Source: Paraspadella gotoi (lineage: Eukaryota; Animalia; Chaetognatha). From it: 64,000 bases of DNA. Of this stretch, positions 51,501 to 63,135 are shown in pieces (positions within the stretch are counted from its first letter, which is position 1; each line of letters starts with the position of its first letter). The notes below the pieces were generated by a model. That model saw only the letters and a program-made list of their open reading frames with translations. It was not told where the DNA came from and made no database searches. The position numbers and the translations under genes are program-made. Location of the stretch: contig JBJCIZ010000239.1 in assembly GCA_051294375.1 (NCBI GenBank), positions 2,126,581 through 2,190,580 of the forward strand. Direction: 5' to 3'.

Positions 51501-54500
51501 TTTAAACGCCCTACTGACTAAGTGTATTGTTGAGTTGAGACTACTTCAATCGACTAAAGATGGAGACAGGATGTGGGAAGCAAAAGCAAAAACACTACCA
51601 GTGGCTGCGCCAATACATGTAAATTGCTTTCAAGGGCTTAAACTGAACTGTTAAAGTGATTTACAAAAAAATGACAGACCAAAAAAGATCAAAATTCAAG
51701 GGTAAAGTAAATCGCTAAAGCGAAGAGTGGCAGATTTTATGTAATGAGAAAGTGAGAAAGAAGATAAGAAGTGATTAGGAATAATGTATGCACTATTGAA
51801 CTTTATTTGGTACTTGATTTCATGGTTTCCTATATAGATTGACGCGGCGGCTAGTTCATTACATCCCTAATTATCAAAATCCCAAAACCGATAAACTGAT
51901 AAACCTGGTTCTGCACCACGGGCTGCTGTAGAGACGGTGCAGGTTCGAGAGATTGGAAGTAACTCGCCCTCCCAGCCTTTTTCTTTGTTGTACAGCCAAT
52001 CGGAAGAGTCAAGAATCAGGGTTCGGTTGGTTGCTAATGCCAAGACGAAGCATGCGACCAAGTCGTGAAGATTTCCACCAAAGCCGATATGGTCTGAAGG
52101 CACAAACAAAAATAATTAGAAAATGTTAAGACTTACTTTAAAAAAGTCATATTTAGAAATAAATTCTACATTAACAAATTTATCATAATACGCTTAATAT
52201 TGATTAGTGTTGGTTGAATATAAAAATATGTTTACTAACTGTCTGCCATGCAAATAAGTTTTCTTGCCATATTGCAATTTGGTGGATTCTGTATGCGCTC
52301 AAAATATCTTTGGACAATGTCGACCAAAGATTGGAGCTCCCTCTGTCTCCACCCAGGGCTTGCGTCCAATTCCCGAAATGCTTTGAAATCTTCAATCTGG
52401 GTCCAAAGCCGATCCCTAGGTAAGAAGAAATTTCTACTGGAGTATTATAGGCCAAAAGTTTATCGGATCTCAAAGACAACATCTAACCCAAGATGAGTGG
52501 GCCTAAAAAATAGGTTTCTTCCAATTCAATCCATAAAAACGATATATAGGTAAGAACATCGAGTTATGATAAATTATGGGAAAAATTGTTTTTTGAGACA
52601 AAAACGATTTTATTTGCCTCAATAACCAATTTTTCGTTAAATCCGTCCGTCTGTCCATCCGTCTGTCTCAACTTAGCATTAAACTCCAATACTCGTGATT
52701 GGATGGTTGGATTACAATGAAATGTGTTTGAGCAGGATATAAAATAATAAATCAGTTTAAGAGGAAGGTGTGGACGAACAACCACAACACGCAACCTCGG
52801 TCAAACCATTGACCTTACTTTAACCTTACCCTCGATCGTTTTCCCCCAGTTCCTTTATGGTCAAACCTGACCTTGTAAATACCATTGTTATAGACTTAGC
52901 ATCTGAGCCTTTTCATTGTTATCGTTATATTTACTTGTTGAAGAATAAATCATTCTTACTCTGAAAACTTGTTCCGTCCACAAAGGGTCATTAAGCTTCA
53001 CTATTTATAAACTTTTATGTATACAGCTATCACATCAGCTTATCAGCAGATTCCGACTCTATAATTCACTTTGTCGGTCCGTCGGTACGCCCCGTCAATC
53101 TTGTCGGGCTTTTACAGATATCATGTGAGAACATCGAATTATGATAAATTATGCAAACAAAAAACGATGTCTGTCTGTCTGTCTGTCCGCCTGTCTGTCA
53201 CACCTTAGCAAAAAACACCAATTACTCGTGATTGGATGGATGGTTTGGAATGAAATTTTATGTGTGGGTAGGAAAGTGTGTGATTGTGCAGCAGTTTATG
53301 CAATGTTAAACTGTCTGATTCACTTAAATTTTCTTGGAGATTCAAGACTTTTGTCGTATGTCATACCCTAAGAGAGTAACAAAGATTAGTTGTAAAACAA
53401 TGCTACTGGTCAGAGAAAGAGAACATGGAGGAGAAAGGGTTTTGTTTAATCATATTTTTGCCTGGTTGTGCTGAAAAATGTTCCAGAAGTGTTTTTTATT
53501 TTTATTGCCAATTCATGAGCCTTCTTTATGGCATAACCAAGTTTGAGCAAACAATGTCGGATCTGCCCATTAATTAATTACCACCAATGATCATGGGCAG
53601 ATCCGACATTGTTTGCTCAAACTTGTTTATGCCATAAAAAAGGCTCATGAATTGGCAATAAAAATAAAAATACATTTCTGGAACATTAATACAAACTATA
53701 GAAATTAAAATAATAATTTAATTAATAAATTAAACTGATTAATTAATTATTTATTAATTAATTGATTAATTGATTAATTAACTGATTAATTATTTGATTA
53801 ATTAATACATCTTGGATTTACATTTAATATAAAAAGAAAAAGAAGCATACTCAATTAGTGAAACAGGTTTTTTGTTTTTTCCAATTAAACTCATTTCCAC
53901 TCAAACGATTCCATCGAAACTTGATTTCCAGCTTAATCACACCGTTTCCAACCCACATACAAAATTTCAAGTCAATCGCCCCATCCTAAGTTGTAGTTCA
54001 TTCAAATAGCGATGCCGCCGGCGATTCACGCACGAGTCGCAGGTGTGGTTCTAGTTGGTTGGCGACTTCGTCATGGCGATATCAATTCCATCGAAATTTG
54101 ATTTCCAACTCAATCACACACTTCCCTACCCAAACACAAAATTTCATTCCAATCCATCCATCTAATCACGAGTAATTGGAGTTTTTTGCTAAGGTGGGAC
54201 AGACGGACGGATGGACGGACATCGTTTTTTTGCATAATTTATCATAATTCGATATTCTGACATGATATATGTGAATGCCTGACAAGATTGAGGGGACGGA
54301 CCGACGGACCGACAAAGTGAATTATAGAGTCGGGATCTGCAGACTAAAAATTGATTACAGGTGAAGAGACAATTATTAATGTTATGTGTCAGTGACAGAA
54401 CCGTTCAATATAAGCAGTATGGTGAAGTGAAAGTTTGGAATCAAAATTTAGCAGTTATATCTTGAAAACTATTATATTAGTGAATACTATTCTGTAATTA

Positions 54501-56057
54501 TTTTTCTTTTTTTATAAATATAGTAGCCCAGTCAGCTTATTTTGTATATAGTACTACCCTTATATAATAGAGTAGAGCACTAGGGAACATAAATTTTATT
54601 TGAGTGATCAAACAAGTATAGTTTACGACAGTGAGATAGTATGATTAAGGAGTACAAAAAATATTTTGCTTATATTGTTTGGGAACAGTATCATTAATTA
54701 CAATACATTTATAGTAATATTCTTATAAAATCATAATTTTCAAAATAATTTTTTTTTTAATTTGTTAAGATTCTGATTCTTCACAAAAAGTTAGATCAAA
54801 ATATAAAAATATGTTATTAAAACTTTTAATGTCTTCAGCGTCAAAAATGGAAAAAAAAGGTCAAATTCTCTACTTTTTTTACACTTGTAGTAGAAACTAT
54901 TATATGATGAAACTTTTTAATCATTTTCGCAGCTTAACCTAAAAATATCATGTAACATATTTTACAAAAGTTTTTCAGTTTGTTTCCGGGCGAATCCAAA
55001 ACTGTTTTTAAAATTAAGAAAAATAGATTTTTGACCAATTTATGATTATAGAGATATTACTATTAATATAATAATTCAATTAATGATAACTGTTATGGCA
55101 AATTTTTTGTTTGAAAAAGGGCTTTTAATTATTTTATTACATATGTCAAAAGGCCACCAAAAAAAATAGATGTTCCAGCTCCAGCCAATCTTTTCATCAC
55201 TCCACCCTATATCATAAATGTCAAATTTCAAAATATTTTTTAAAAATTCTGAGAACAGATTCAGATTCCTTGATCTTAAAATTAAAAATTTGTATTTTGA
55301 AATTTTAGCTTATATATACTTATTACTATTATATAAATATCGCTCACTGGTGACGCACGTAATGAATGAAATTAAAAAATAAATTTACCGAAGTATTTTT
55401 ATTGGTTTTAATTTTCATTGTTTTATATGCTAAATTTTAATTTTTTTAAATTTAATCATTTTACATCACTCGAATAAGCAGTCCCTGAGCTTTGGATCAG
55501 GCTGTAACACCGTGTTACAGGCGGTTAAGTCCCGTCCCACTCTTAAGGCTGCTAGGGCGACCGGACGGGCTACGTGTGTAAGGAAGCCGCCGGAGAACCT
55601 TGTTGGGTTAGGAGGGCGAATGGACGGTTGCGGCGTCGCGGCAGGCCAATGGCCGCTGCATGAACGGTTGATGGATTTTAGTCCACCATACAGGTATAAT
55701 TGTCACAATAAGCGCAATGGCAACCCACCTGCTTTCTAGCCAGATTTCCTTCACGGTATTTGACGCCTTTTCGACCGACTTGCGCATTTTCTTAACATTT
55801 TTTTCTCTGGCCATTGATGACAAGTCTTGCCGTAAATTCTCCAGTTGAGCTCTCAAGAAGCTCTTCAATTTGCGAGGGCCACTTTCAACTCTAAACCTGG
55901 TCAGTTCATGATCGACCGATGGGAGTTGTGGCTTTTGTGGGCAATGTTGTTGATTGGCAAAGTTAAAAAATTGAAAATTTAATGTAACAAAGACGGCCAA
56001 TATAAAAATTAAAGACAGATAAGCTAAACGAGAGCGTCTGTGAAATAATCGATACAT
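36571..56057 (-). CDS. FUT8: Alpha-1,6-fucosyltransferase-like (FUT8/GT23), divergent; exons 55729-56057, 52240-52415, 51905-52093, 43214-43455, 39400-39626, 37996-38146, 37772-37933, 36571-36744
   Basis: TM anchor, [99 protein letters not shown], SH3-like C-terminus RGIVPSHKV; all junctions GT-AG and in frame. Confidence 0.88.
37211..37284 (+). ncRNA. Twister ribozyme, P5-type (mutated T1/T2)
   Basis: Same architecture as 33723-33793; P1 region GGCGCT; CCCAT instead of CCCGC. Confidence 0.65.
37630..37692 (+). ncRNA. Twister ribozyme remnant, P5-type (5' strand of P4 deleted)
   Basis: GCAGTTAAGAGGGATGGGGCGCTTAACCCGCCTGTAACACGGTGTTACA-AGCTCAGGGACTGC. Confidence 0.55.
38738..39100. mobile_element. 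AT-rich MITE
   Basis: Terminal inverted repeat TATTTATACATAGTACTCAC / GTGAGTACTATGTATAAATA; related sequence near 33100-33385. Confidence 0.65.
40551..41801 (+). mobile_element. Helentron-associated (HINE/DINE-1-like) element, full length
   Basis: 5' TTTTTAGTCGGATCTGC..GCAGATCCCGACT hairpin, (GTCC/GTCT)n microsatellite, internal tandem repeats, 3' subterminal inverted repeat GCAGATCCGAC plus GTTTG-CT-CAAAC hairpin and CTTGT end; further copies near 26090-26352, 47245-48567, 53040-53285, 53690-54350, 56972-57800. Confidence 0.7.
44165..50650 (-). pseudogene. Indel-rich tandem duplicate of ~37230-43750 (FUT8 exons 4-7 plus introns); pseudo-exons or unpolished haplotype
   Basis: Colinear match with dense 1-nt indels that break all exon frames; ends close to an N gap. 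Confidence 0.75.
46950..47230 (+). mobile_element. Penelope-like GIY-YIG endonuclease C-terminal remnant (frameshifted)
   Basis: Piecewise translation SAAHE..GH...RGIREAIY..K.L..SL.RDG.RFDLPPSY resembles the conserved C-terminus of PLE endonucleases. Confidence 0.55.
54568..55209. mobile_element. hAT-type MITE, second copy
   Basis: Reverse-orientation homolog of 32177-32797. Confidence 0.75.
55478..55690 (-). ncRNA. Twister-bearing repeat copy (ribozyme 55478-55552) in FUT8 intron 1, sense orientation
   Basis: Reverse complement reads GCAGCCTTAAGAGTGGGACGGGACTTAACCGCCTGTAACACGGTGTTACAGCCTGATCCAAAGCTCAGGGACTGC. Confidence 0.65.
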
Positions 56058-56613
56058 TTTGGCGTTGATGTATCAACCATACATCATATATAAAAACCAA
56101 TATGTTTTCTTGTCCTGATTTTTGTTTGTTTGTTTAAAGTTTAATTATTTTACACTGAAGACATCTGTGTAGAAACAATGATATTTTTTAACCAAATAAA
56201 TAATACTTGAGCAAACGACGTTGGATCTGCCCACAATAATCTCATTCTCAGTTATTGTTCTTGCTGTGGCCGTTGTGATTGTTTGTGGTAGTAGTTGTGG
56301 TTGTTATATTGATTTTTATATGCAAGTCCCTATGGTACTGACCATTTACTTTTACTCATTGAGCGAAACTGAGTTAAATATTCTTTCCAAGACGATGTCA
56401 AAGATAAATTCATGCTCTTTATATGATTATAATGATACTATGTTTGAGCTACCTTGGCTGAATTTCTTTATTTCAGCTGATTTTCCCTGAGATGAAGATC
56501 GAGAAACGAACATTTTTTAAATGTTTAATTACATCGAGAATCAACACATTAGAACACAAACCAAGAAGTGTGGATAAGGCGCTAAGTAGGCTAAAGACTA
56601 CTACCTGTAACTT

Positions 56614-56697
56614 CTGTACCCCCTCAGCAGCAATGGAACGGGTTCTGGGCTTGTAACCAGGCTTGAGCGTTTTCCATGCCTCCAAGGCGGTTTACAG
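56614..56697 (-). ncRNA. Degenerate twister-like motif, P1-type, second family
   Basis: CTG TAA ACC GC [P3] CCTGG TTACAAGC CCAGA ... GG GTA CAG: P1 CTG/CAG, T1 TAC/GTA, T2 GC/GC; conserved GA reads GG. Confidence 0.45.
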
Positions 56698-58069
56698 CCA
56701 TCCTCACACTTCCCGCAGGGTAGGTACCAGGTTGGGTTTCATTTTTGCTGTCTCTCTCTCTCTCTCTCTTGCTCTTGCTCTCTCGCATCATTGATCAATT
56801 AAATTGATGATTATGAATTGATGATCGTGAAGTGACGATTGTTAATTATAGATTGTGAATTAAAAATTTGAAATAAAAAAAAATTATTTCACAATCTGTA
56901 ATTCATGAATTATAGACGATGAATTAAAAATCTTAAATAAAAAATAACAATAAAAAACGAATATTAAAAAAACAAGTTTGAGCAAACAATGTCGGATCTA
57001 CCTACGATAATTAAGCGGTAATCAGCTAATCAGATGATAAATCACAATATTTTTAAAATTTTTTTAAAACTCGCATCATTTTTTCAACTTGCATCATTTT
57101 TTTCACTCACATCATTTTTTCAACTCACATCATTTTTTCAACTTGCATAATTTTTTCAATTTGCATAATTTTTTTACATTAATTAATTTAAAACATTTAT
57201 TAGTAACCATAATAAAGTAAATGTGACTTATGTTTTTTTCATTTAAACTCATTTCCACTGGCACGATTCCGTTAAAACTTTATATCTAGCTTCTTCACAC
57301 ACTTTCCTACCTGCACACAAAATTTCATCTCAATCTATTAATTCAATTATGATAAATTCAAGTAATTATGGGTTAAAATAAGTAAAAAGATTCAAGTAAA
57401 TGTGACTCACTCAATCTATCCATCCAATGATGATTAATTAGAGTAATTATTGGTTAAAATAAGTAAAAAGATTTTAGTAAATGCGACTTATGTTTTTTTC
57501 CATTTCAACTCATTTCCACTGGCTCGATTCCATCGAAACTTTATATCCAGCTTCATCACACACTTTCCTACCCACACACAAAATTTAATTCCAATCCAAC
57601 CACCCAATCACGAGTTATTGGAGCTTTTTGCTAAGGTGGGACGGACGGACGGACTGATGGATGGGCAGACGGACAGACATCATTTTTTTGCATAATTTAT
57701 CATAATTCGATGTTCTGACATGATGTAAGTGAATGCCCAACAAGATTGACGGAGAGGACCGACGGACCGACAAAGTGAATTATAGAGTCGGGACTAAAAA
57801 TGAAATAATTTTTTAAAAAATATAAGATTCGTTATAATTAATCATCTGTTTAGCTGCTTCCCGCTAAATTATCGTGGGCAGACCCGACATTATTTGCTCA
57901 AACTTGTTATCGAAACGGTCAAGTGTGTAAATTATAAAAACAAAAATTGATTGTGAAAAATATTTTTAGAGGAATCACTGAAATGAATTTAGCTGGTGAA
58001 TTTGTTAATAACGCGTTCGATGAGGCGGTAAAAGAGAGATGGGAGCGAGACGGAGTGTCTAAATATGGA

Positions 58070-58825
58070 GGAGAGGGAAAAAGAGAAAAAGAAAAAGAGA
58101 AAAGAAAAGAGAAAAAGAAAAGAGAAAAATAGAAAAGAGAAAGAGAAAAGAGAAAAAGAAAAGAGAAAAAGAAAAGAGAAAAAGAAAAGAGAAAAAGAAA
58201 AAAAAGAGAAAAATAGAATAAGAAAAGAGAAAAAGAAAAGTGTATTGGCAGTGGCGATCGTTGCCGTAGGGTAGATGGCTAGGAATGCAAATATCTTAAT
58301 TCAAATTTCCCCAAATTTGCGTCATGTCGACAAATAATTGAAGAAGAGGGAAAAGGGGTTGGCCAAGGCAATTTGGGTTATTTTTTAGATAACATTTGAT
58401 TTGAAATTTTGTAGAATCTTCAGTTGCCTCAAAGATTACGACGTCGAAACGGTTTTAAGACCATTTATTTACCTTTTAACCAAAATTTTAATGTTTATTT
58501 GGATTGTTTACAAACAATTTAACTTCGATAAATAAACAACTTTTGAAACTTTGATGGTCGCCATTTGTAAAATAAGTCTGAAAGCAAAAAGAGAAAAAGA
58601 AAAAAGAAAAAGAAAATATAAAAAGAAAAGGGAAAAAGAGAAAAAGAGAAAAGAGAAAAAGAGAAAAGGAAAAGAGAAAAAGAGAAAGAAAAAAAGAAAA
58701 GAGAAAGAGAATAAGGAAAGAGAAAGAGAATAAGAAAAGAGAAAGAGAAAAAGAAAAGAGAAAAGGAAAAGAGAAAAAGAAAAAAAGAAAAGAGAAAGAG
58801 AAAAAAGAATAAGAAAAGAAAAGGC
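58070..58825. repeat. Two polypurine (GAAAA/GAGAAA)n low-complexity tracts
   Basis: 58075-58240 and 58580-58822. Confidence 0.85.
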
Positions 58826-60752
58826 TATGGTGGATCAAGGCCTCTATCTCTTTTACAGCATAATAACATAAGAGAACCCAGAAACCTGCAAGCTTTCGAT
58901 CAAGACTCTGTCACAGTCAAGTTCATTAACTCCCAGAGTGCTTGGCCTCCATTTAAATGAGGTGGTATGTTTAATAAACTGTTTCAATTGTAGAAAGAAC
59001 CACATCTTAGCGTAAATGGATCTTCACAATGCTATCAAATGTCAAGAGGTATTATTTCCATCTGCACAAGTATGTTAATTGATGACTTTTTGCTCGTTTT
59101 TCAATATAATTTTCAATACTATAATAAATTTTAAAATATTTCATTTCTCCCCTTGCCTTTCCTTTTTATTTTTCCCGTCTTTATTCTATATAGTTTTATG
59201 ATTTCCTGAAGGCGGCGCTAGCAGTCACTTAGAAATAAGCAACCGACTATAGGCGAGTTATGAACATTTTTAACTTTAGTAGAAAGACCAAGAAACAGAC
59301 AGACCGACCGAATAGTGTCTCATAGAGTTTCTCTGCGAGTACTCGCGTCGCAACTAATAAGAAATAATTAATAGATAATAATTAAATAAAAGTTTTCCCG
59401 AGAGAGCGAGAAAAAGTCAGGCAGACAGGTGGACTGACAGACATGGTATGATATTTATTTCAAAGCTGTTGTCGTAAAGGAGGTCTACAAATTTAGAACT
59501 AAAAAGCAAAATATAAATAAAATGGGTGATGAGATCATTTAAGTAAGCATTCATCTGTGATGAGATAGTAAATAGTAAAATAAGTAAATTAAAAAAAAAG
59601 GACAATAGACAATATAATACGAAAATTAAAAAAAAAATGTTGTCAATTAATTAGTTTAATGATTGAAAAAAAAATATATAACATCCTCAAAAAAGAATAC
59701 AAATCTGAGCGTAGTAAATAAAAATTAAGAATCACTTTATCCATTAATTAGTTAATTTTAAAACAGATAATTAGTTAATTTAGTTATTATTGTACAGAAA
59801 TCGTGAACGAAGAGGCGACTCCGCTGTGCCCTCTTGTGTAGCTAACGAGCAGGCAAAACGAAAACCTTTAGTTGTAGGAGTATAAATATTTTTTGTTTTA
59901 TTTTACATCTAAATTGACAATCATGACGTTTACTTCATTGGGCGATGATTCTTTGATATCTTTAAATGGGACTGGCTATCGATACAATCATGCGATCATT
60001 TCGTTTCATAGGACGAATGAAAATTTTTTTGGCATGACATGCAAAACATGCATAACATCTTTACGGAAAAAGATTTAAGAAATGATTACTGGAAATGGAA
60101 GTAGAAGATATACATATTTATATACTTATTGTTTCACTTCATTGTAGAACATAGCCGATAAAATTATTAATGAAAATCCCTATTGATAGTATAAAAAACG
60201 CTACTAACATTCATGCAAAGCATTTTTGTTGAAAAAAAAAGAATTAAGGTAGTGAGGTAAGGGTAAAATCAAATATATTATTATATATATTATTATATTG
60301 GTTGCACCGATTTCATTAAATAATAAATATGTCATAAAACTTTTTTCCGGATATGATTAGATAAGCAAAGTTGAGATCCTAAGAAATAGAAAGGAAAGTA
60401 GATTGTTCAAGTAACATATATATATCATCGCAGGAGACTCAACCTCACCAAAAGGGAAATCAAATATAAATCAGAACCGGAATCAAAATAGGATCGGAGG
60501 AGAGGATAAAATCCGCAGATTTAAAATCATTGGATTGTGATTGGTCGAGGAGAGAATGGCATCGATCAATCAGCTTGCAGAATTAATGGAACTGTCAAAA
60601 TCACTCTTGCCTCTGATCCTCTTCTCTAGATATAAATAGACCTAGCTTTCCCTAGTTTCAGTAGAATTGATCTGGACTCCTGCGTGTGTCTCACCGTCAC
60701 CATTATTATTCTCAGAATAAATCACGTTCAATTTCGTTTTCTTTCAATGTGG

Positions 60753-60793
60753 TGGCAGCCTTGCGATTCGAACCAACACCTCCTCAGAGACTG
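60753..60793 (-). pseudogene. tRNA-Leu-derived 3'-half fragment
   Basis: CAGTCTCTGAGGAGGTGTTGGTTCGAATCGCAAGGCTGCCA resembles the 3' half of tRNA-Leu at 7442-7523. Confidence 0.5.
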
Positions 60794-62956
60794 ATATATA
60801 TATATATATATATAAGAAAGAAAATAAAATCGTTAAACTCTTTAAATATGCTAATGCTCACTGAGAAATTATTTTGCTCACCTCCCTTCAAACGCCGGTC
60901 ACAAAAACGTTACCTTGGATTTCTTTTTTGTATTGTTTTGTTTACTTATGACAGTTATGTAAACTAAAGTTTTTTCTTTCTCTCGCCTTATAAAAATGAA
61001 TGCCACCTTGTACAATTAGCCAATTTGATTACATTCTCTTTTCTGATTTTCTCCTAATACGATTAGATGAGCAAAGTTGAGATCCTGAGAAATAGAAAGG
61101 AAAATAGATTGTTCAAGTGGCATATATAATAATATAATATAATAATGCCACCTTGTACAATTAGCCAATTTGATTACATTCGCTTCTCTGATTTTAATAA
61201 ATCGATTCATTTCGCTTTAATCACCATTTTTATCTCGACCACCATCACTGTAAACTAGTCATTTAAGAGTACTGAATGCAATTAAAAAAAAAATTATGTC
61301 CGAAACGTATGTCAGTAAACATATGTCAGTATGCAGCCCTCCTCAACCTCTTCCTCTCTCTGGGAAGTTTGTTTTTCAATTTCAATTTCTCTGGGATCCA
61401 GTATCGCGTTCCGTGGTTCGAGAATCACTCCACTTTCTTATTTATAGCGCAGTATTAGTATCAGGGCAACGAACATCTAATTTAATCTAATTTTTTTCCA
61501 AGGCTTTTAAAAAGTTTATGCTGGATTTTTTAATCATATCCCTCTCTACCATGGTTTTGGCCCTCAGGCCTCAGGGCATCGTTTTTTTTTAGGCTATAAA
61601 ATATCCCATTACGATGTCGTAAATTCACACCTGGCTTTAAAATACTATTTTATTTCACTTTTTAACTATTTATGTTACTTTTTATGTCATTTATTTAGCT
61701 CTCTTTTCCAAAAGCGCCCCATTTCTGTTTCTTAATCTTCCTAAACCTAACTATAACCCTCAGCTCTAATCTTCAACCCTAATCCCTAACCCTTAACACT
61801 AAATTTTAACCTAATCCTTAAACCTTAAAATAAGGCCCTACTTTCTACTATTTATTTTATTCTTGTCCTTAATCTGTACTCTGTCACTTGTACCGACTTA
61901 AAACTACTTTTTTAGATTACGATAAAAATTTTAATTTTAAAATTTCTTTATTTTTAGTGTGTTTATAAAATTAATGACGAATTAAAGAATTTAAAAGATT
62001 CAATCTTAATTTAAAAACATCCCTGCACTCAATTTATTTCACTTTAATTTTATTGACAGAGAGAGAGAAAGAGAGAGAGAGAGAGACCCAGAGAGAGAAT
62101 TACTCTTCTCGAAGAAAACCGCCAAGAAAGCAAGAATCCTTTATCAAAGTCCAAAGGGGAAATTATTTACATAAATTGTCGAACCAGGTTGAAAAAAAAA
62201 GTTTTGAAAAACAGCCACCGCGTCAGACAACTTTAATGTTATTTTTATGGGTTTTTTAAATGCGTTTGCTTCATGATTTTTTTTATTTTTGAATTTTGAA
62301 TTTAAAAAAAAATATTTTATTGTTCAAAACTTCATTCCTGAACCGCTGAAATTTCAAAACCTTTTTTTGTTCATTATAAATTTCACCGTCTGGTAAAATT
62401 TGGCCAAATTGTGGGATAAATTGTTCATATTTAAAAAAAAACATTTTTTTGAAGTTCCTAATAAATTTCTCAGCGGAAATGCTTACTAATTTCATGTTCA
62501 TGTAAAAAGAAAACAAAATCGCTTAAGGAATTCTTGAGAGTTCTATTATAGGATAAAATATAACGTTAAAATGTTTAAAATATATAATATAAAAATATTG
62601 TTTTTCCTTTTCTTTCTTTTCCTTGTTTGTTNNNNNNNNNNNNNNNNNNNNNNNNNNNNNNNNNNNNNNNNNNNNNNNNNNNNNNNNNNNNNNNNNNNNN
62701 NNNNNNNNNNNNNNNNNNNNNNNNNNNNNNNNNNNNNNNNNNNNNNNNNNNNNNNNNNNNNNNNNNNNNNNNNNNNNNNNNNNNNNNNNNNNNNNNNNNN
62801 NNNNNNNNNNNNNNNNNNNNNNNNNNNNNNNNNNNNNNNNNNNNTGTTTCGGCTATAATGTAAACCATCAGCGCAAAAACAAATATTTTAATAGGTTTTG
62901 AAGTTTGAAGAAAGAAAGTGTGAAAATATTTGTTTCCAAATTAATTCATTTTTACG

Positions 62957-62990
62957 CTGATAAAGGCTGACATTGAAGCTGAAACACGTC
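62957..62990 (+). ncRNA. Degenerate minimal hammerhead core
   Basis: CTGATAA-AGGCT(loop)AGCT-GAAACACGTC, with a G-to-A change in the CTGANGA box. Confidence 0.4.
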
Positions 62991-63135
62991 CGAAATTTGT
63001 TTTTTTATAAAACTTGTATGTAAACAATTCATTGTCTACCTCAAATATAAAAATAACAATTAAAATAAATTTAAAACAATTATTTTTAATAAAGTTATTA
63101 TCGTTTTTTTCCTGTTTCGTTGCGATATGATTTAG

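Noticed and set aside
57947-58838. Lys/Glu/Arg-rich and Phe/Ser-rich ORFs
   Set aside because: Translations of polypurine low-complexity tracts
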